64,000 nt of DNA, taken from contig NIVC01000909.1 of assembly GCA_002269645.1 (NCBI GenBank), forward strand, positions 180,258 to 244,257. Reading direction: 5' to 3'. Position numbers and translations under genes: made by a program. Shown here one piece after another: positions 1 through 33,382 of the stretch. Origin of the DNA: Macrostomum lignano. Taxonomy: Eukaryota. The notes beneath the pieces were generated by a model. It searched no databases and was not told the origin of the DNA. It saw nothing but the letters and a program-made list of their open reading frames with translations. Position 1 is the stretch's first letter; every line of letters begins with the position of its first letter.

Positions 1-1341
<1,341 letters not shown>

Positions 1342-2066
1342 CCCTGGTTAGTCACCCAGCAGCACTCATATCTGAGTCAGCGATTCGTCATCCCCAATGC
1401 TCCCCAAGCAGTCCTTCTCGCTCCCCATCTACTAAAATTCCTCAACCCAGCTGGCAGCAGAATGCAGAGTGCAGCGATGGCGCAGACTCAGACGGAGATA
1501 GCGAACGCTGAGGATGACTGGGCGTTTTATATTTCCTGGGCGCGTTTCCTGTAACTTTATTCGCCGACAAATTTCATCCCCTTAACACATCCATATGTCC
1601 CTTATCTCGTCTGGAGCGTGCCTGCGCCCCAGCATCCCAGTCGTCATGTGCACTCTTGCGGGAAATATCCCCAGAGAATCGGGGATGTCAGTCTCAGTTT
1701 GGTTTTGAGTTAGAACTCACCGGCAATGCAGACTGACTGAGCCCGCGGGGCAATCCCGTGAGCCATTAAGTGAATCGAGTCTGTGGAAACCATCTGATTA
1801 AATATTAACTAACTTCAATTTCATTTAATTTACTTTCGAAAAAACGCTAAAATGAAATTAAATCGATTTCCAGACGGTGGTGTGAAGTCATCTAAAGTCT
1901 GCTCATATTTTCTACTTGACTAAAAAATCCATGAAGATGCTATTTGCACTACTTTTTTGTTTTATATAAGTAGTTTTGTTACAAAAATTGCTGGTATTTC
2001 TCAACGCGAAAACACTGCTAAACATGGCATTTTTGGACTTTGTTGACCATTAGAAAATCAGCTCAC

Positions 2067-2428
2067 TTTGTTAGAGGAAATCCTTCCCAATTCACTTCTG
2101 TTTTCCCGTCCGGTCTGTTTATCGATTTTTTTTATTCGAGATCCACTCGGATCTGGAGAGAGTCCCCGAGACGCAGGCTGCTCATTAAGAAATTTCACTT
2201 CGCAGGGTGGCCGCGGCTTCTTGACTTTCCTTCCTTCCAGGGGTGCCGCCCCCTCCTGTTAGAGTCGCCCTCCAACCTCAAACAGGCAAATTCTATTACT
2301 GAGATGCGCACTTGTACTGGCTGGGGGACACTTTGGGAAGGCTGCTGGCGGGAAATTATAGAGCTATTGGCAGACAGGCAGACACATCGATAGACAGACA
2401 TATCGATGGGGAAAGAAAATCAGATCCA

Positions 2429-2519
<91 letters not shown>

Positions 2520-2522
2520 GTC

Positions 2523-2615
<93 letters not shown>

Positions 2616-5600
2616 CTAAGACAGACAGACAGACAGACAGACAGACAGGCACTTTAAGAGACAGCCAGTACCCGGTATGATAACCGCAGACAGGTAGATG
2701 CAGTTGAGATTCAAATACAGTGTCGAATACGAAATCAGTGCATCGGGAATCCAGTGTACGAGAAGCAAGTTTAACTCAATTATTCGTGCGCAATTTAATC
2801 TTCCAGACAGTGAAGTACCATATAGGATCAACCTCTGTATCTATCAGTTTCGTACAGAGCAAGGCGGTATCTGGGGATTTAAGCCGGAGTCAAAAATCGA
2901 TGCCAACCCAAGTCCAACAGCGAGCCCTGGCCTTGGCCCCGGCCAAACTGATTCAATTCAAGCTCAACCGGCTTCTTTTCTGCTCCTGTTTCGATCTCTT
3001 CTCCCCTGTCGTAGCCGAAATTCTTCCTAAATTACTTTCTAATTCTTGGGGCTTTAGGGTGGACTTTCTAGACTGAGATTAGAGCGGAGTGGTTCGGGGC
3101 TTGGGTAGAAACTGGCGGTACTCGATTGAGTAAATTCTTTATCATTTCGTCTTTGCTTTCCGCGTGTTTGTGCTAAATTTGTGCTAAAAAATGAACGATC
3201 ATTTGTCTTGCTTGGCTATCTTTTCTCTCTTAATCCTCTCTCATCCTCACTCCCTCTTCTCCCTCTCTTACCGTCTCGCTTACTGTCTATCTCACCCTCT
3301 CTCACCCTCTCTCACCCTCTCTCTCATCGTCTCTCTTAAACTCTCTCTCACCCTCTCTCTCACCCTCTCTCTCATCGTCTCTCCTAACCTCTCTCTCATC
3401 GTCTCTCTTAACCTCTCTCTCACCCTCTCTCACCCTCTCTCTCACCCTCTCTCTCACCCTCTCTCTCACCCTCTCTCTCACCCTCTCTCTCACCCTCTCT
3501 CACCCTCTCTCTCACCCTCTCTCACCCTCTCTCTCACCCTCTCTCACCCTCTCTCTCACCCACTCTCTCACCCTCTCTCACCCTCTCTCTCTTAACCTCT
3601 CTCTCACCCTCTCTCTCAACCTCTCTCTCACCCTCTCTCTCACCCTCTCTCACCCTGTCTCTCACCCTCTCTCTCACCCTCTCTCTCACCCTCTCTCTCA
3701 CCCTCTCTCTCACCCTCTCTCTCTCACCTTCTCTCTCACCTTCTCTCTCACCCTCTCTCACCCTCTCTCTCACCCTCTCTCTCACCCTCTCTCACCCTCT
3801 CTCTAACCCTCTCTCACCCTCTCTCTCACCCTCTCTCTCACCCTCTTTTACCCTCTCTCTCACCCTCTCTCTCACCCTCTCTCACCCTCTCTCTCACCCT
3901 CTCTCTCACCCTCTCTCACCCTCTCTCTCACCCTCTCTCACCCTCTCTCTCACCCTCTCTCTCACCCTCTCTCTCACCCTCTCTCACCTTCTCTCTCTCA
4001 ACCTCTCTCACCCTCTCTCACCCTCTCTCTCTCAACCTCTCTCTCACCCTCTCTCTCACCCTCTCTCTCACCCTCTCTTTCACCCTCTCTCTCTCACCCT
4101 CTCTCACCCTCTCTCTCACCCTCTCTCTCACCCTCTCTCTCACCCTCTCTCTCATCCTCTCTCTCACCCTCTCTATCACCCTCTCTCTCACCCTCTCTCT
4201 CACCCTCTCTCTCATCCTCTCTATCACCCTCTCTCTCACCCTCTCTCTCACCCTCTCTCTCACCCTCTCTCTCACCCTCTCTCTCACCCTCTCTCTCTCA
4301 CCCTCTCTCTCACCCTCTCTCTCTCACCCTCTCTATCACCCTCTCGCTCACAATCTTTGTCACCCTCCCTCTCGCTCTCTCACCCTCCCTCTCACCCTCT
4401 CTCTCTCCCTCTTTCCTCTATCCTCCCCTCCCCATCCTAAAAGCACCAGAGACCGATGCCTCACCTCAGCCTTCAGATCGCCAATGGTCTGTGAGGCCAC
4501 AATTCTTTCAGCGGACAACAGCAAACTTAGCTGACAGTCCTGCCTGTTGAAGCCCTGCTCGTCCAACTCAAATGCTGAGCCAGTGCCGAATTCGTGATTT
4601 TCAAGCTCCATTGATGCAGTTCTCTAGCTAAATACTCATGTTTTTGAGCTATTTTTTGGCAATGTCAGTTTATTGACTTTGCCCTGTTATGCGGCAACAG
4701 ATTTTTGCCTTCGTGTGGAATTTCAATCTCCACTTTTGCTGGCAGCTAAAATAGCTGCGACCCTAGGAGTACCAACGTTGATTTCGAATGCAGGAATCCT
4801 GATTCCCTAGTAGTGAAACAAGGCCAGCGAGTGCCTGATCCAATGGGATGAGAGCTGTCTGCATTGGGAAGCTTAGCACTGCAGTTTATAGCCTAGTGAG
4901 AAGGAGAGTGGGGAGAGGGAGAGTGAAGAGTGAGGGTAGGGAGAGTGGGGAGAGTAGGGAGAGAGAGAGTGGTGAAAGTGGGAAGAGGGAGAGTGCGGAG
5001 AGTGGGGAGAGAGAGAGTGGGGAGAGTGGGGAGGGGGAGAATAGGGGGAGAGTGGGGAGAGTGGGAGGGGGAGAATAGGGGGAGAGTGGGGAGAGTGGGG
5101 AGGGGGAGAATAGGGGGAGAGTGGGGAGAGTAGGGAGAGAGAGAGTGGTGAGAGTGGGGAGAGAGAGAGTGGGGAGAGTGGGGAGAGTAGGGAGAGAGAG
5201 AGTGGTGAGAGTGGGGAGAGAGAGAGTGGGGAGAGGGGGGAGAGGGAGAGTGGGGAGAGTGGGGAGAGGGAGAGTGGGAAAAGGTAGAGTGGAGAAGGGT
5301 AGAGTGGGAGGGGGAGAGTGGGAAGATGAAGAGGTATGAGAGGTAGAATGGAGAGGGGAGAAAGTGGATGACTAAAATGCAGCCATATTGCTGTCGGCAA
5401 TATTCTATTATAAATAATTAAATGGAGCAGTTGTGCTGTCGCTAAAACAGGGCACCCAGATTCCGGGACTGGGAAATCAGTCAGACGTTAATATAGTTGG
5501 CCCAGAAATTGCAACCCAGAATTTGGTAGGAATATTGTCGATTTTGTCATAGATGCAATGCTCATTTAACCTACTTTGAGTAGCGTAAAATGGGAATGTA

Positions 5601-7481
5601 GAAGTTGTAAACTCGGTTTTTAAAGTGACTCATTTTCTAGTGTCCTTGTAGAGCTTAAAGTGGCGCTTCCAGCAAACTCTCTCCAAATGTCAGTCAGAAT
5701 TCCATTGACCTTGCTACTGCTTCAATTTCACGCTCTGTTTAACTCAAAGCGAAATCTCCATTTCGCAGTGATTTGCATTCGCGCATCGTCGTTAATAACG
5801 AGGGTAGTAAAAATTCGATTGATAATTTTAATGGAATATCCAAACTACACTACTCATGAGTAGGAGAAATAGAATTAGTAGAGCTAAAAAATCGGAGCTA
5901 ACATGACAACAAAAAATATCTGCTGACGGATTGCGTGACACTGAAATTGAATTAAAAAATCCCCGCAGAAATGTGTTGTCACCTCTGACAATGAAATCAA
6001 TAATTCAAATTGATTTAGTAAAGCAGAAAAATGATAAATGAAAAAATGAAGTTAATTTTTGGCCTAAATTAGTTTTAGATGGGTTTAGATTGCTCTAGTG
6101 GCCTTGGCTCGCTCGTCTGTGTGTTTTTTAATTTGCTAATTAGTTTAGCGATGCGAGGTTCCAAAAATGCAAAACTGCATAAAAGCACTCTGCTACAGTT
6201 TGCATGGTTCTTTTCGAATCCGGATACCTGTCTGAGCTCCTGCTAATTTTTAAATTGCAATTTTGATTTTTAGCCCAAGGTTAGTCACCTGTTAGACACA
6301 GAGGAGTCACCTGTTAGACACAGAGGAGTCACCTGTTAGACACAGAGGAGTCACCTGTTAGACACAGAGGAGTCACCTGTTAGACACAGAGGAGTCACCT
6401 GTTAGACACGGAGGAGTCACCTGTTAGACACAGATGAGTCACCTGTTAGACACAGAGGAGTCACCTGTTAGACACGGAGGAGTCACCTGTTAGACACAGA
6501 GGAGTCACCTGTTAGACACAGAATAGTCACCTGTTAGACACAGAGGAGTCACCTGTTAGACACAGAGGAGTCACCTGTTAGACACAGAGGAGTCACCTGT
6601 TAGACACAGAGGAGTCACCTGTTAGACACAGAGGAGTCACCTGTTAGACACAGAGGAGTCACCTGTTAGACACGGAGGAGTCACCTGTTAGACACAGAGG
6701 AGTCACCTGTTAGACACAGAGGAGTCACCTGTTAGACACAGAGGAGTCACCTGTTAGACACAGAGGAGTCATCAGTTAGACACAGAGGAGTCACCTGTTA
6801 GACACAGAGGAGTCACCTGTTAGACACAGAGGAGTCACCTGTTAGACACGGAGGAGTCACCTGTTAGACACAGAGGAGTCACCTGTTAGACACAGAGGAG
6901 TCACCTGTTAGACACAGAGGAGTCACCTGTTAGACACAGAGGAGTCACCTGTTAGACACAGAGGAGTCACCTGTTAGACACAGAGGAGTCACCTGTTAGA
7001 CAGTGAAAGTGAGCACCACAAAAGATCCACTCACCTCCATAGCGAAAGCATTCAACGCGTTGAGATTCAGAGGCAGTTCAGTCGGCTTGACAATTTCTGT
7101 CGATGACTGCTGAAGAACTTGGTGCTGCGGATCTTCAGCAACAGCTGCAGTTTCGTTAGTTGGCTGCTGCTGCTGCTGCTGCGGTTGTTGCTGATCTAAC
7201 GTGGTGCCTGCAGAAGCTTCATAGCCGCCGGCTCCAGTGTCCACCAGACGAGATGGCAGTGACATTGATTTGACTGCGGCGGAAGCAGCCAGCTTCTGTT
7301 GTTGCTGCTGCTGGTTATCCTTGTCCAGTCGGACCTCCACAGTCGGTTCCTGGCGCATCAGGTCCTCGTCGATGAGGGTCATCGGCCGCCGCGAATTCTG
7401 TCGTCGTCTTGAACGCTCCGAAGCACCGCCGGGCGAAAATCGGCTCCTACGGCCGAAGCAACCGCACAAAACTGCCGTCAT
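2067..7481 (-). CDS. Unrecognised low-complexity protein, partial model; candidate exons 7481-7035, 4623-4465, 2255-2067; 3' end unresolved
   Basis: ATG at 7481 opens 149 codons ([14 protein letters not shown]...NAFAME) ending at GAG|GTGAGT. Phase-0 exon 4623-4465 (ctAG|[12 protein letters not shown]...DLKAE|GTGAGG) and phase-0 exon 2255-2067 (acAG|[10 protein letters not shown]...GRISSNK|GTGAGC) join in frame. Minus-strand AATAAA at 1561-1556. No family motif recognised. Confidence 0.5.
2411..2650. repeat. (GACA)n microsatellite
   Basis: Direct reading. Confidence 0.97.
3200..4430. repeat. CT-rich tandem repeat (about CTCTCTCTCACC)n
   Basis: Polypyrimidine tract with 10-12 bp units. Confidence 0.95.
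4900..5340. repeat. GA-rich repeat with GGGG runs (GAGAGTGGG units)
   Basis: Direct reading; polypurine on plus strand. Confidence 0.9.
6283..7002. repeat. 22-bp minisatellite GAGGAGTCACCTGTTAGACACA, about 33 near-identical copies
   Basis: Period 22 read directly; ends about 30 bp from the 7035 splice donor. Confidence 0.97.
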
Positions 7482-8929
7482 TGTCTTTTAATTTCTTTAA
7501 TCCTGTTCCTTGTCTTCTGTTCTTAGTCTGGTTTCTTCTTCTTTTAGAAGCAGATTAGCAGAAGACTGGCTGTTTTGTCTCGCTTTTATACACAAAATAA
7601 ATTACTTTCTCTTTGCCTGTCCAAAGGCTGGCTCAGTGGGTAGGAATGACTACTCAAGATAAATGAAGCTCAGGTCTGCTCCGTCACTGTGAGAAACTGT
7701 GAACGATTTGTTGAAGATGAACTGAAAGCAGTAATCAGCACAGCTGGTTCTGCGTGATAATAAAGCAAATATTCTAAGCGCAGGTAAGAAAAGTGAAAAC
7801 CGAACTTTGTATAAGAAAAGGCAGAAACGAAAAAGAAAAAGAAACAAAACTCTTTTTCGAGTCTTCTGCGAAAATTAAGAAAGTATAAAGAAAAATTGAT
7901 AGAAAGTAAACAGACGAGAGAAGTAAGAGGAAGACCCTGGGTACTTCTCTGTTGTTAGGACGAAATAAGCAGAGACGAACGAAGCAAATTTGAGCTACAG
8001 GACTTAATTTGTTGCAGAAAAAATATAAAAAAACTGAAAACTATCTAACGTTTAACGAAGGCACTGGAGGCCCTGTAGACGCATGGCCTTGGGCGCGATT
8101 TCAGTTTTTGAATGCGTTGCAATTTGACTTGTTCGATAGCAGTTCAGAGAGAACCAGTTGGTCCACAAGTTACTTCAAGCTCAGACCGTATTTATGAGCC
8201 CGAACCCGGAAGAAGTGCCAGCAGGATTTTACAATGGGCAAATGGCAAACGTGTAGGACGGTAAGAGAGGCAGGGGGACCGGTTCAGGGTGAGGGAATTG
8301 TAGCTATGGGGGAAGCAGATGAGCCTCTGCATGCTCAGAGGGGAGAGAAGTGTATAGGGGAAGGGGTCGACTGATTTAAAAGCGTACGTTTGGGTATGTG
8401 TCTCGGGCTGCACTAAAGTCTTCAGTTCAGGCAGGGCCGCGCGTGCTATAGCGAAGGGTTTGGTTGGTTAATCGCCCTCGCTCAGAAGCAGTGTCACCTG
8501 CGACTCTCTGCCTTTCCCGCTGCGTGTGCCTCCGCCTCTGTCTCCGCCTGCTCCATCTTTCTCGCTCTCTGTTTTAATAGGAATTTGTCCGTATTTGTCA
8601 ATGGATTTCTTTTTATCTCGTTTGTCGGTCTGTCACTGTATGTATTTTTTATATTTTTCACTCTCTGTGTCACTCCATCGGTTAATCAATCTGTCATACC
8701 GTCACCATCTATAAATCAATATGTCACTTCATCTATTGACTAAGCTGTCACTCCATCTATCACTCCATGTCACTCCATGCATCAATCTGTCACTACAATT
8801 ATACTTGAATATGCAACACTGCGACCATCCATTAATCAATCTGTCACTCTACCTTTCTGTTTTTTAGGTTTCAATACAGAAATTTTCGCGCACAAGCTAA
8901 CGCACCACGTTGGCTAAAACTCTAACCAA

Positions 8930-9650
<721 letters not shown>

Positions 9651-10480
9651 ACCGCTCTCTATGAAGACTTGTTACAATTTTTGTTAAACAGATTCTCAGA
9701 GAAGGTATGGAAGAGCATTGATAACATTAATAAAAATAACACTAGCAATACTGGGAGAAGAGGGTTCCCTGATGATGAAAAATACAGCCAGCGACACACA
9801 ATAGGACTGAGCTTCCATTGTTAAAATAAAAAATAGCGGCTACTCAGGCCCTCCGCATTTGGTCCCTCTATAGAATGAATGCTTGTTCCTCACAGCTCTC
9901 ATTCTCTCTCTTCCTTCCCAGAGCAGTCAGTCAACTGGCATAGATACAGGCAGAGTGTTAGCCCAAGACCTTTATGAAAGCGTCACACATGCAGTTTCTC
10001 TCCCCGCACTGCGCCCTCCCCATCCAGCCCCACCGTGCACGCAGGCATCTTTATAGCGCGTCATCATTTTTTTCACATCGCTCGCTCTAATCCGGTCTAA
10101 AACTGGATACGCTCGTACAGCCGGGCTTGTCTGCTCAAAAAGCGTTGCTTTGTGTAGCTAATTGTACTGATGAGGCGGGTGAGGCATGACTGAGGGGGGG
10201 GGGTGAGTCGTCTGCTCTGTGGCTGGCGAGGGCTAAGAGACTTGAGAGGACTTTAAACTGGGCGTAGACGATGACTTACCTCTTGGCCCGCTTTGGTTCG
10301 AGTGCGGGTTGACTCACGGTTGGGTAGATTCTAGTTGAAACAAGCTTTATTTTACAAAAAGTTTTGCGTCCTGTTTTAGAATCGTTTCGAAAGAAAATAA
10401 AGTTTAGAAATATAACGATACTTATGTGTGTCGCTCCAGGATCGTATGGACTGAAGAACCAAAACTAAGATAGCTCGTAA

Positions 10481-11657
<1,177 letters not shown>

Positions 11658-12182
11658 TGGACACAAAGCATTCCATTTCGCTCATTAGCAGCTAAAGGCG
11701 GGGTGACAGAGGAGGTGCATGGGCTTCTTATGCTCAGCTCAAACCCCAAAGCCATTCAGTGGCTCTGCATCAAATTGAGTTGCCATCCGAATGGCACACG
11801 AGTATTTGCATGCATCACGAGTTTGTTGCCGCACGCGAAGTTAATTACTCCGTCGTGAACCTTAGCTAGCTCGATTCATATGTACTGTAGTTTGGCAAAT
11901 CCAAGTGGTGACAAGCACCTGATCAAGTAATAATTGAAGCTCGGAGTGCAAAATAAAACCAGACTAGAATAGTGCCCTGTCGCGTGTCATTTCTTCAGAG
12001 CGAGCGTGAGGTGTCAAAGCACCTGCCAATACTTCTTTACTTAACAGATAGGTTTCAAATTTCATAGGCGTTGACTCACCTGACTTGCTTTCTAGCTAGT
12101 ATATCCCGTAGGCCTGTGTAAAATTAACTAGCATATTACGAACATCTACTTGCTTAGAAGACTAAAAACGCATAGTCTATGG

Positions 12183-12594
12183 CAGGGGTTGGCAAACTCC
12201 GGCCCTTGGGCCACATGCGGCCCGCAGAGCCTCTCTATCCGGCCCTCAGGTCCTTTGAAACTTCACAATAGCAATCTGGCCCGCTCAATGTTTGCATCTC
12301 TTCTCATCGCTCTTCTCTCTAATCTCTACCTTACTCTCTTTCTCTCCTCTCTCGTCTCTCGTCTCTCCTCTCCATTCTCCTCATCTCCTCATCTCTCTCG
12401 TCTCTTCTCTCCTCTTCTCGCCACTCCTCTCTTCTCCTTTATTCTATCGACTCTCATTTCTCTTATCTCCCCCTTCTCTATCCTTTATTTCCTCTCTTCT
12501 CTCCCCTCCACCGGCCCGCAGTCATTCTTTAGGTTCACTACGAGTTGTATCAAGGGCTTTTGGCCCTTAAGGTAAAAAGGTTTGCCGACTCATG
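12183..12594. mobile_element. Non-autonomous hAT (Charlie/MER20-like) MITE with internal CT-rich expansion
   Basis: Left end CAGGGGTTGGCAAAC followed by CGGCCC...GGGCCACATGCGGCCCG; right end GTTTGCCGACTCATG (imperfect TIR); 8-bp flanks GTCTATGG / GTCTACGG (7/8 match) as TSD. Confidence 0.8.
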
Positions 12595-13480
12595 GTCTAC
12601 GGTTAAAATGGGGCGAAAGGAAGGGCGTTGACTGTCTGTCTCCTTTTGCAAGTGGCAGGACGTTCACTATGGACTGACCATGACCTGATAGCTATCAGAT
12701 AGAATTATGCAGCAGTGAGAATTCTTCATATACAGATGATAGACGCGGAAAGATGACAATCAGTCGGAATATTGAAAACAGGTTGCAGTCTTAAAACAGT
12801 TGCGAACAACTTCCGTAGGTCGCCTTCAACTGTTTTACGTCGGCTAAAGAAGATCTGAGCCACTGAAAGCGCGAGAAAACGTAGCTTCTGACTGAATGCC
12901 AAGCTTAAAAATAAGTGAAATTCCAGGATGATTTTTCCTTGATACAGAATCTGCACCAAAATTGTCTGCGTGCGTGTCTGTAGGTTGAAGGCTTTAATGC
13001 CGTACCATACGCATAACAACATAAACGTAGCATTATCTGCATTGCAACAGGCTTGGAAAAGACCTTTCCGACTGTCTGCTTTTTTCCCCTATGCTTTCCG
13101 GTTAATCTATTCATTCGGTAACCCCTCTGACATTCTCAGAATTCATTATTATGCTAAGAGACGGTCATACCGATTCTATTACACATGCATAATGTCCGAC
13201 CCTCTGCACTTAGCTAAATTAGATTATGCTGTCTCAGCACTGCAAAGAAAAAGCACCGCCTTTGTGACCGTTCGACAAACTGATTGTGAGAGCGAATGAA
13301 TGAAAAAAAAGTGAAAGAGTGAATAAGAGGCAACGGAAGCTAACTACTAACAAGTAGTTAGAAAGAATGAAAAAAATTCTTATATACTCGTAAAGTGCGA
13401 AATCGCTCTCGCGAGATCGAATCTTGATTTGGGGCATATTTCGATGCTCACAACAAGCAGTCAGACGATTCTAAGACAGA

Positions 13481-13481
13481 T

Positions 13482-13537
<56 letters not shown>

Positions 13538-13570
13538 GTCAGACAGACAGACAGACAGACAGACAGACAC

Positions 13571-13605
<35 letters not shown>

Positions 13606-13606
13606 C

Positions 13607-13687
<81 letters not shown>

Positions 13688-13688
13688 G
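13481..13688. repeat. (GACA)n microsatellite downstream of the mGluR stop
   Basis: Direct reading. Confidence 0.95.
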
Positions 13689-13943
13689 AAATACCGAGAC
13701 AAACAGGCAGACAATCAGACAAAACAAAGCAAGTCATAAGCTGTTCAGTATTACAGATGCCGGAACAGACGGGCAGAGAAGCGATCAGTATAATACCAGC
13801 CTGTCACATATATTTATCTACATTTCAGTACCGTACGACAACGCAGGAAGACAACAAACAAGTACGAGCGCACGTCTTTATTGCATGCAGAAGATGAACA
13901 TCTCAGAGGATGCTTCCGCATTGTTAGGTCTCTTTAGTCCGAC

Positions 13944-31171
<17,228 letters not shown>

Positions 31172-31817
31172 TCTGTTTAGCAGGGCGACGTAAAGCAGTC
31201 CTCGTTAAAAGAACAATTATGGTGGCGCTCTAGCAGACACTTCTAAAGCGGTAGATTACTTGTTGTCCCTCTCTCACCGTCTGTCGGTCTATCTGCCAAC
31301 TAGAAAGCTTTTTTAGAATTGAATTATTAACAATCCTGCGACAGGGAAACTGGCAATGCCTTGGTAAGCTATAAGCTAGCACGCTATTTGTTGCTTTTTT
31401 ATATGAGAAATTGTTGAGTTGCTTGAATAAGACGCATGCTAGTGGCTTCTGTGGGCTGTGGGCTCTGTACCCGGTTCCTTGATTGGCTCTCAGGCTCAAA
31501 TGGGACAGTTGTTGATTCTGTTGGATAGGGGCTCCATAGGGCTAGGTCTAGCTTTAATGTCGTATCATGTCTCATCATCTTTACCATGGGAGAAACTTAT
31601 TCATGCATGACAACTAGAGACCTTTTGAGTATGAATTTATAAACAAACTATATCACACACTGAACAAGGGTCACTAATGTAGTGTATTGGCCCGAGCCAT
31701 CAGCGATACAACAGCCTGAGTCTGTCTGTCACATTATTTTCAGCTTTGAAATGTACATCACATCATAAACTTTTGTTTGACGTTAAAAGCACGATCTTAG
31801 TAGTATAAACTCAATTT

Positions 31818-32335
31818 TGGTGTTACAGACACGATCAAATTGCTCTTACAGACACGATCACATTGGTGTTACAGACACGATCACATTGGTGTTACAGACA
31901 CGATCACATGGGTGTTACAGACACGAGCACATTGGTGTTACAGACACGATCACATTGGTGTTACAGACACGATCACATTGGTGTTACAGACACGATCACA
32001 TTGGTGTTACAGACACGATCACATGGGTGTTACAGACACGATCACATGGGTGTTACAGACACGATCACATTAGTGTTACAGACACGATCACATTGGTGTT
32101 ACAGACACGATCACATTGGTGTTACAGACACGATCACATGGGTGTTACAGACACGATCACATGGGTGTTACAGACACGATCACATTGGTGTTACAGACAC
32201 GATCACATGGGTGTTACAGACACGATCACATGGGTGTTACAGACACGATCACATTAGTGTTACAGACAGGATCATGTTGGTGTTACAGACACGAATTTTA
32301 TGAAAAAACATTTTCTTTGGTGTTACAGACACAAT
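31818..32335. repeat. 23-bp minisatellite GGTGTTACAGACACGATCACATT
   Basis: Period 23. Confidence 0.95.
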
Positions 32336-32949
32336 CTTGGTGTTTCAAAATGCATACTCATACTTGCGTGACAGTTTCGTCCCACATTTTCTAAAAAATT
32401 TCTAAGCTAATAACAGCCACCTTCACCTGTAACTCAACTTCTGATTGCTAAAAAAATTATCGACGATAAAAATAGCTGGACGAAGCAGAGGAACGAACGG
32501 AAGGGTCGTTAGTATTCGCATGTATAGATGCTGCCAATAATTCAATATTTAAGGCTTATGTGGCAGTCAGAGAGCTGTGCAGAAACCTACAGCTACTCGT
32601 AGTTAGTCAAAGTAAGGCAAGCAAGACCATGGAATAAAACGTAATAGAACGTTTGGTTTTAGAAATCAATTTTACTCTAAGTCGTGTAATCGCATTTTTT
32701 ATCATAAATTTTATTCAAAAAACGATACGAAAATGGAATATGAGGTACAACACTTCGTGAATAAATATAAATGATAACAGTCGAAGGGTAACAAGGTAAG
32801 TAAATTTTAGTGATTAATTTTTAGTATATGGATTTTTAGTTACGTTTTATATACAGAATAGGAGCAAACTTTTTAGTAGCTATTACGAACTTTATTTAAT
32901 GTACACTTGGTTAGAAAAAACTTACTGAAACTTGCATGTGTTTTTACAG

Positions 32950-33340
32950 AACAGGTGGATTGACTACAAAGGGGGTGAGTTGACTTCAGAACAGGTTAAT
33001 TGACTTCAGAACAGATGAATTCACTTTAGAACAGGTGGATTGACTTTAGAACAGGTTAATTGACTTCACAACAAGTGGATTGACTTCAGAACAGGTGGAT
33101 TGACTTCAGAACAGGAGGATTGACTTCAGAACAGGAGGATTGACTTCAGAACAGGTGGATTGACTTCAGAACAGGTGGGTTGACTTCAGAACAAGTGGAT
33201 TGACTTCAGAACAGGTTGATTGACTTCACAACAAGTGGATTGACTTCAGAAAAGGAAGATTGACTTAAGAACGGGTGAGTTGAATTTTGGATTGACTTCA
33301 GAAAAAGTCGATTGACTTAAGAACGGGTGGGTTGACTTCC
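32950..33340. repeat. 20-bp minisatellite TTGACTTCAGAACAGGTGGA
   Basis: Period 20; ends about 40 bp after the aminergic GPCR stop codon. Confidence 0.92.
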
Positions 33341-33382
33341 TTGATGTATGAATTTGCCTTCTTTTAAACAGGTCTCCCAGTC

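Noticed and set aside
1360-1511. Possible terminal exon of a plus-strand gene entering from the left (…[22 protein letters not shown]…DSER*)
   Set aside because: Plausible acceptor and composition, but no homology and no upstream exon inside the window; too weak to call.
6283-7002. CRISPR-like array
   Set aside because: Units are head-to-tail with no unique spacers, there are no cas genes, and the context is eukaryotic; the same holds for all other 20-23 bp arrays.
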